A stretch of DNA of 61,829 bases, counting the filler, from Porpidia crustulata (taxonomy: Eukaryota): NCBI GenBank assembly GCA_964255105.1. It is 13 parts of 13 records of this genome, joined end to end, with 100 filler letters (N's around TTAATTAATTAA, not from the genome) between each part and the next. Parts side by side here need not be neighbours in the genome. Positions count along the whole stretch, not along the records: positions 57,190 to 61,829 come from CAXUWE010002030.1; 12 more parts are not named here. One strand, written 5' to 3'. The notes beneath the pieces are model-generated. The model made no database searches, had not been told where the DNA came from, and saw only the letters and a program-made list of their open reading frames with translations. Position 1 is the first letter of the stretch. Each line of letters begins with the position of its first letter. The position numbers and the translations under genes were made by a program. Below are positions 60,951 through 61,829 of this stretch, in pieces.

Positions 60951-61829
60951 GATTGATTTTCACCTCGACCCGGCGTTTTCTTTGGCCGACGGATTTCCAC
61001 CGTCTGGTCAGTAGCACCAGTCGGGGCCAAGCTAACGATGTTAACTAATACAAACATAAAAATGTAATGATGCTTGATGCTATTATATGTTAAGAATCGG
61101 AGGTCTAGGGGGTGAGAGACAAAATATGTTTGAAGGAGTAGATTCTTCCTCTCCGGCACGCGAGGGCTGACTCCTGTTGTTTGAGAGATTCACTGGTTTT
61201 GCATGCAATGCGGGATGCTTAGCACGGTCTACAAGTATTGGTGGCTTCCCAGGAACAACGAACTGCTGCAATGAGATACCTTGGGACGAATCAGGAGCGG
61301 CAATTACGGGGAGAGACAGGAATGCATGATGATGGGTCATTCCAATGGGACCCGACAGGAGATAAACATTGACGCAGTGCTGTAAGGGCAAGCACGCTGG
61401 CGCAGTCTCGCCGCGTCGATTCCACGGCTATCCTTTGCAATCGCCTGTTATGTGCTTGTCCGCAGAGAAGCGTACAGGGTACAACTCGAACTCTTCAACT
61501 CCCGATAGCCTATTCGCAAAATCAGGCATGGTTTCACGCGCTCTTCCGCTGCTCGCTGTAGACTAAGGTATGGACATGGTACGTACATACCTTCGCCTAT
61601 CTACCTACCTAACTTACTCCCTATTCGTACCTAATCTCTGATCTGTAGCTGTGACTCGGCTAGAAATGTCAGGTACCCAGAAAGGAGGATGCATGCAGGA
61701 TGCGATGTAAGGCAAGGCAGCCTGTAATGTGCCACGGTAGCCTGGAATGTGCTGGTGACATGGTAACAGGCGGTCTGTTTCAGATCAAAACCCCCCCAAG
61801 GAGTTGGTTCAGGAGGCGGGCATCATTGT

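Overview
This window is not a contiguous locus. It is 13 short contigs (4684, 4677, 4676, 4675, 4674, 4670, 4667, 4662, 4657, 4652, 4648, 4647 and 4640 bp, in descending length order) joined by artificial 100-nt N44-TTAATTAATTAA-N44 linkers, so gene adjacency across linkers has no biological meaning. The DNA is from a filamentous ascomycete (Pezizomycotina): short GT..CTRAY..YAG introns, plus STE3, BRE1, BDP1, MGS1, NAF1 and ALG9. About 18 protein-coding genes could be modelled by hand, several truncated at contig ends. They include 6-phosphogluconolactonase, an ABCG half-transporter with a Cys-rich ectodomain, a PD-(D/E)XK nuclease-like protein, a processive GT2 glycosyltransferase, a DUF6604 protein, an aspartic protease, a cupin, a C2H2-type zinc-finger protein, an EBP/EXPERA protein, a GMC oxidoreductase and an unrecognised 673-aa secreted protein. 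There is also a pseudogenised methyltransferase + MFS pair and a frameshifted hypothetical gene. I found no RNA gene, CRISPR array or intact transposon, and I cannot claim a clearly new biological system. The best leads are: short AT-rich islands that lose CC/GG but keep CpG (non-canonical RIP-like signature); a cluster of TTATTGA (MAT1-1-1-like) sites upstream of STE3; the accessory nuclease contig; the orphan secreted protein; and a possible nested (stwintron-like) intron in the cupin gene. All family assignments are from motif recognition, not database searches.
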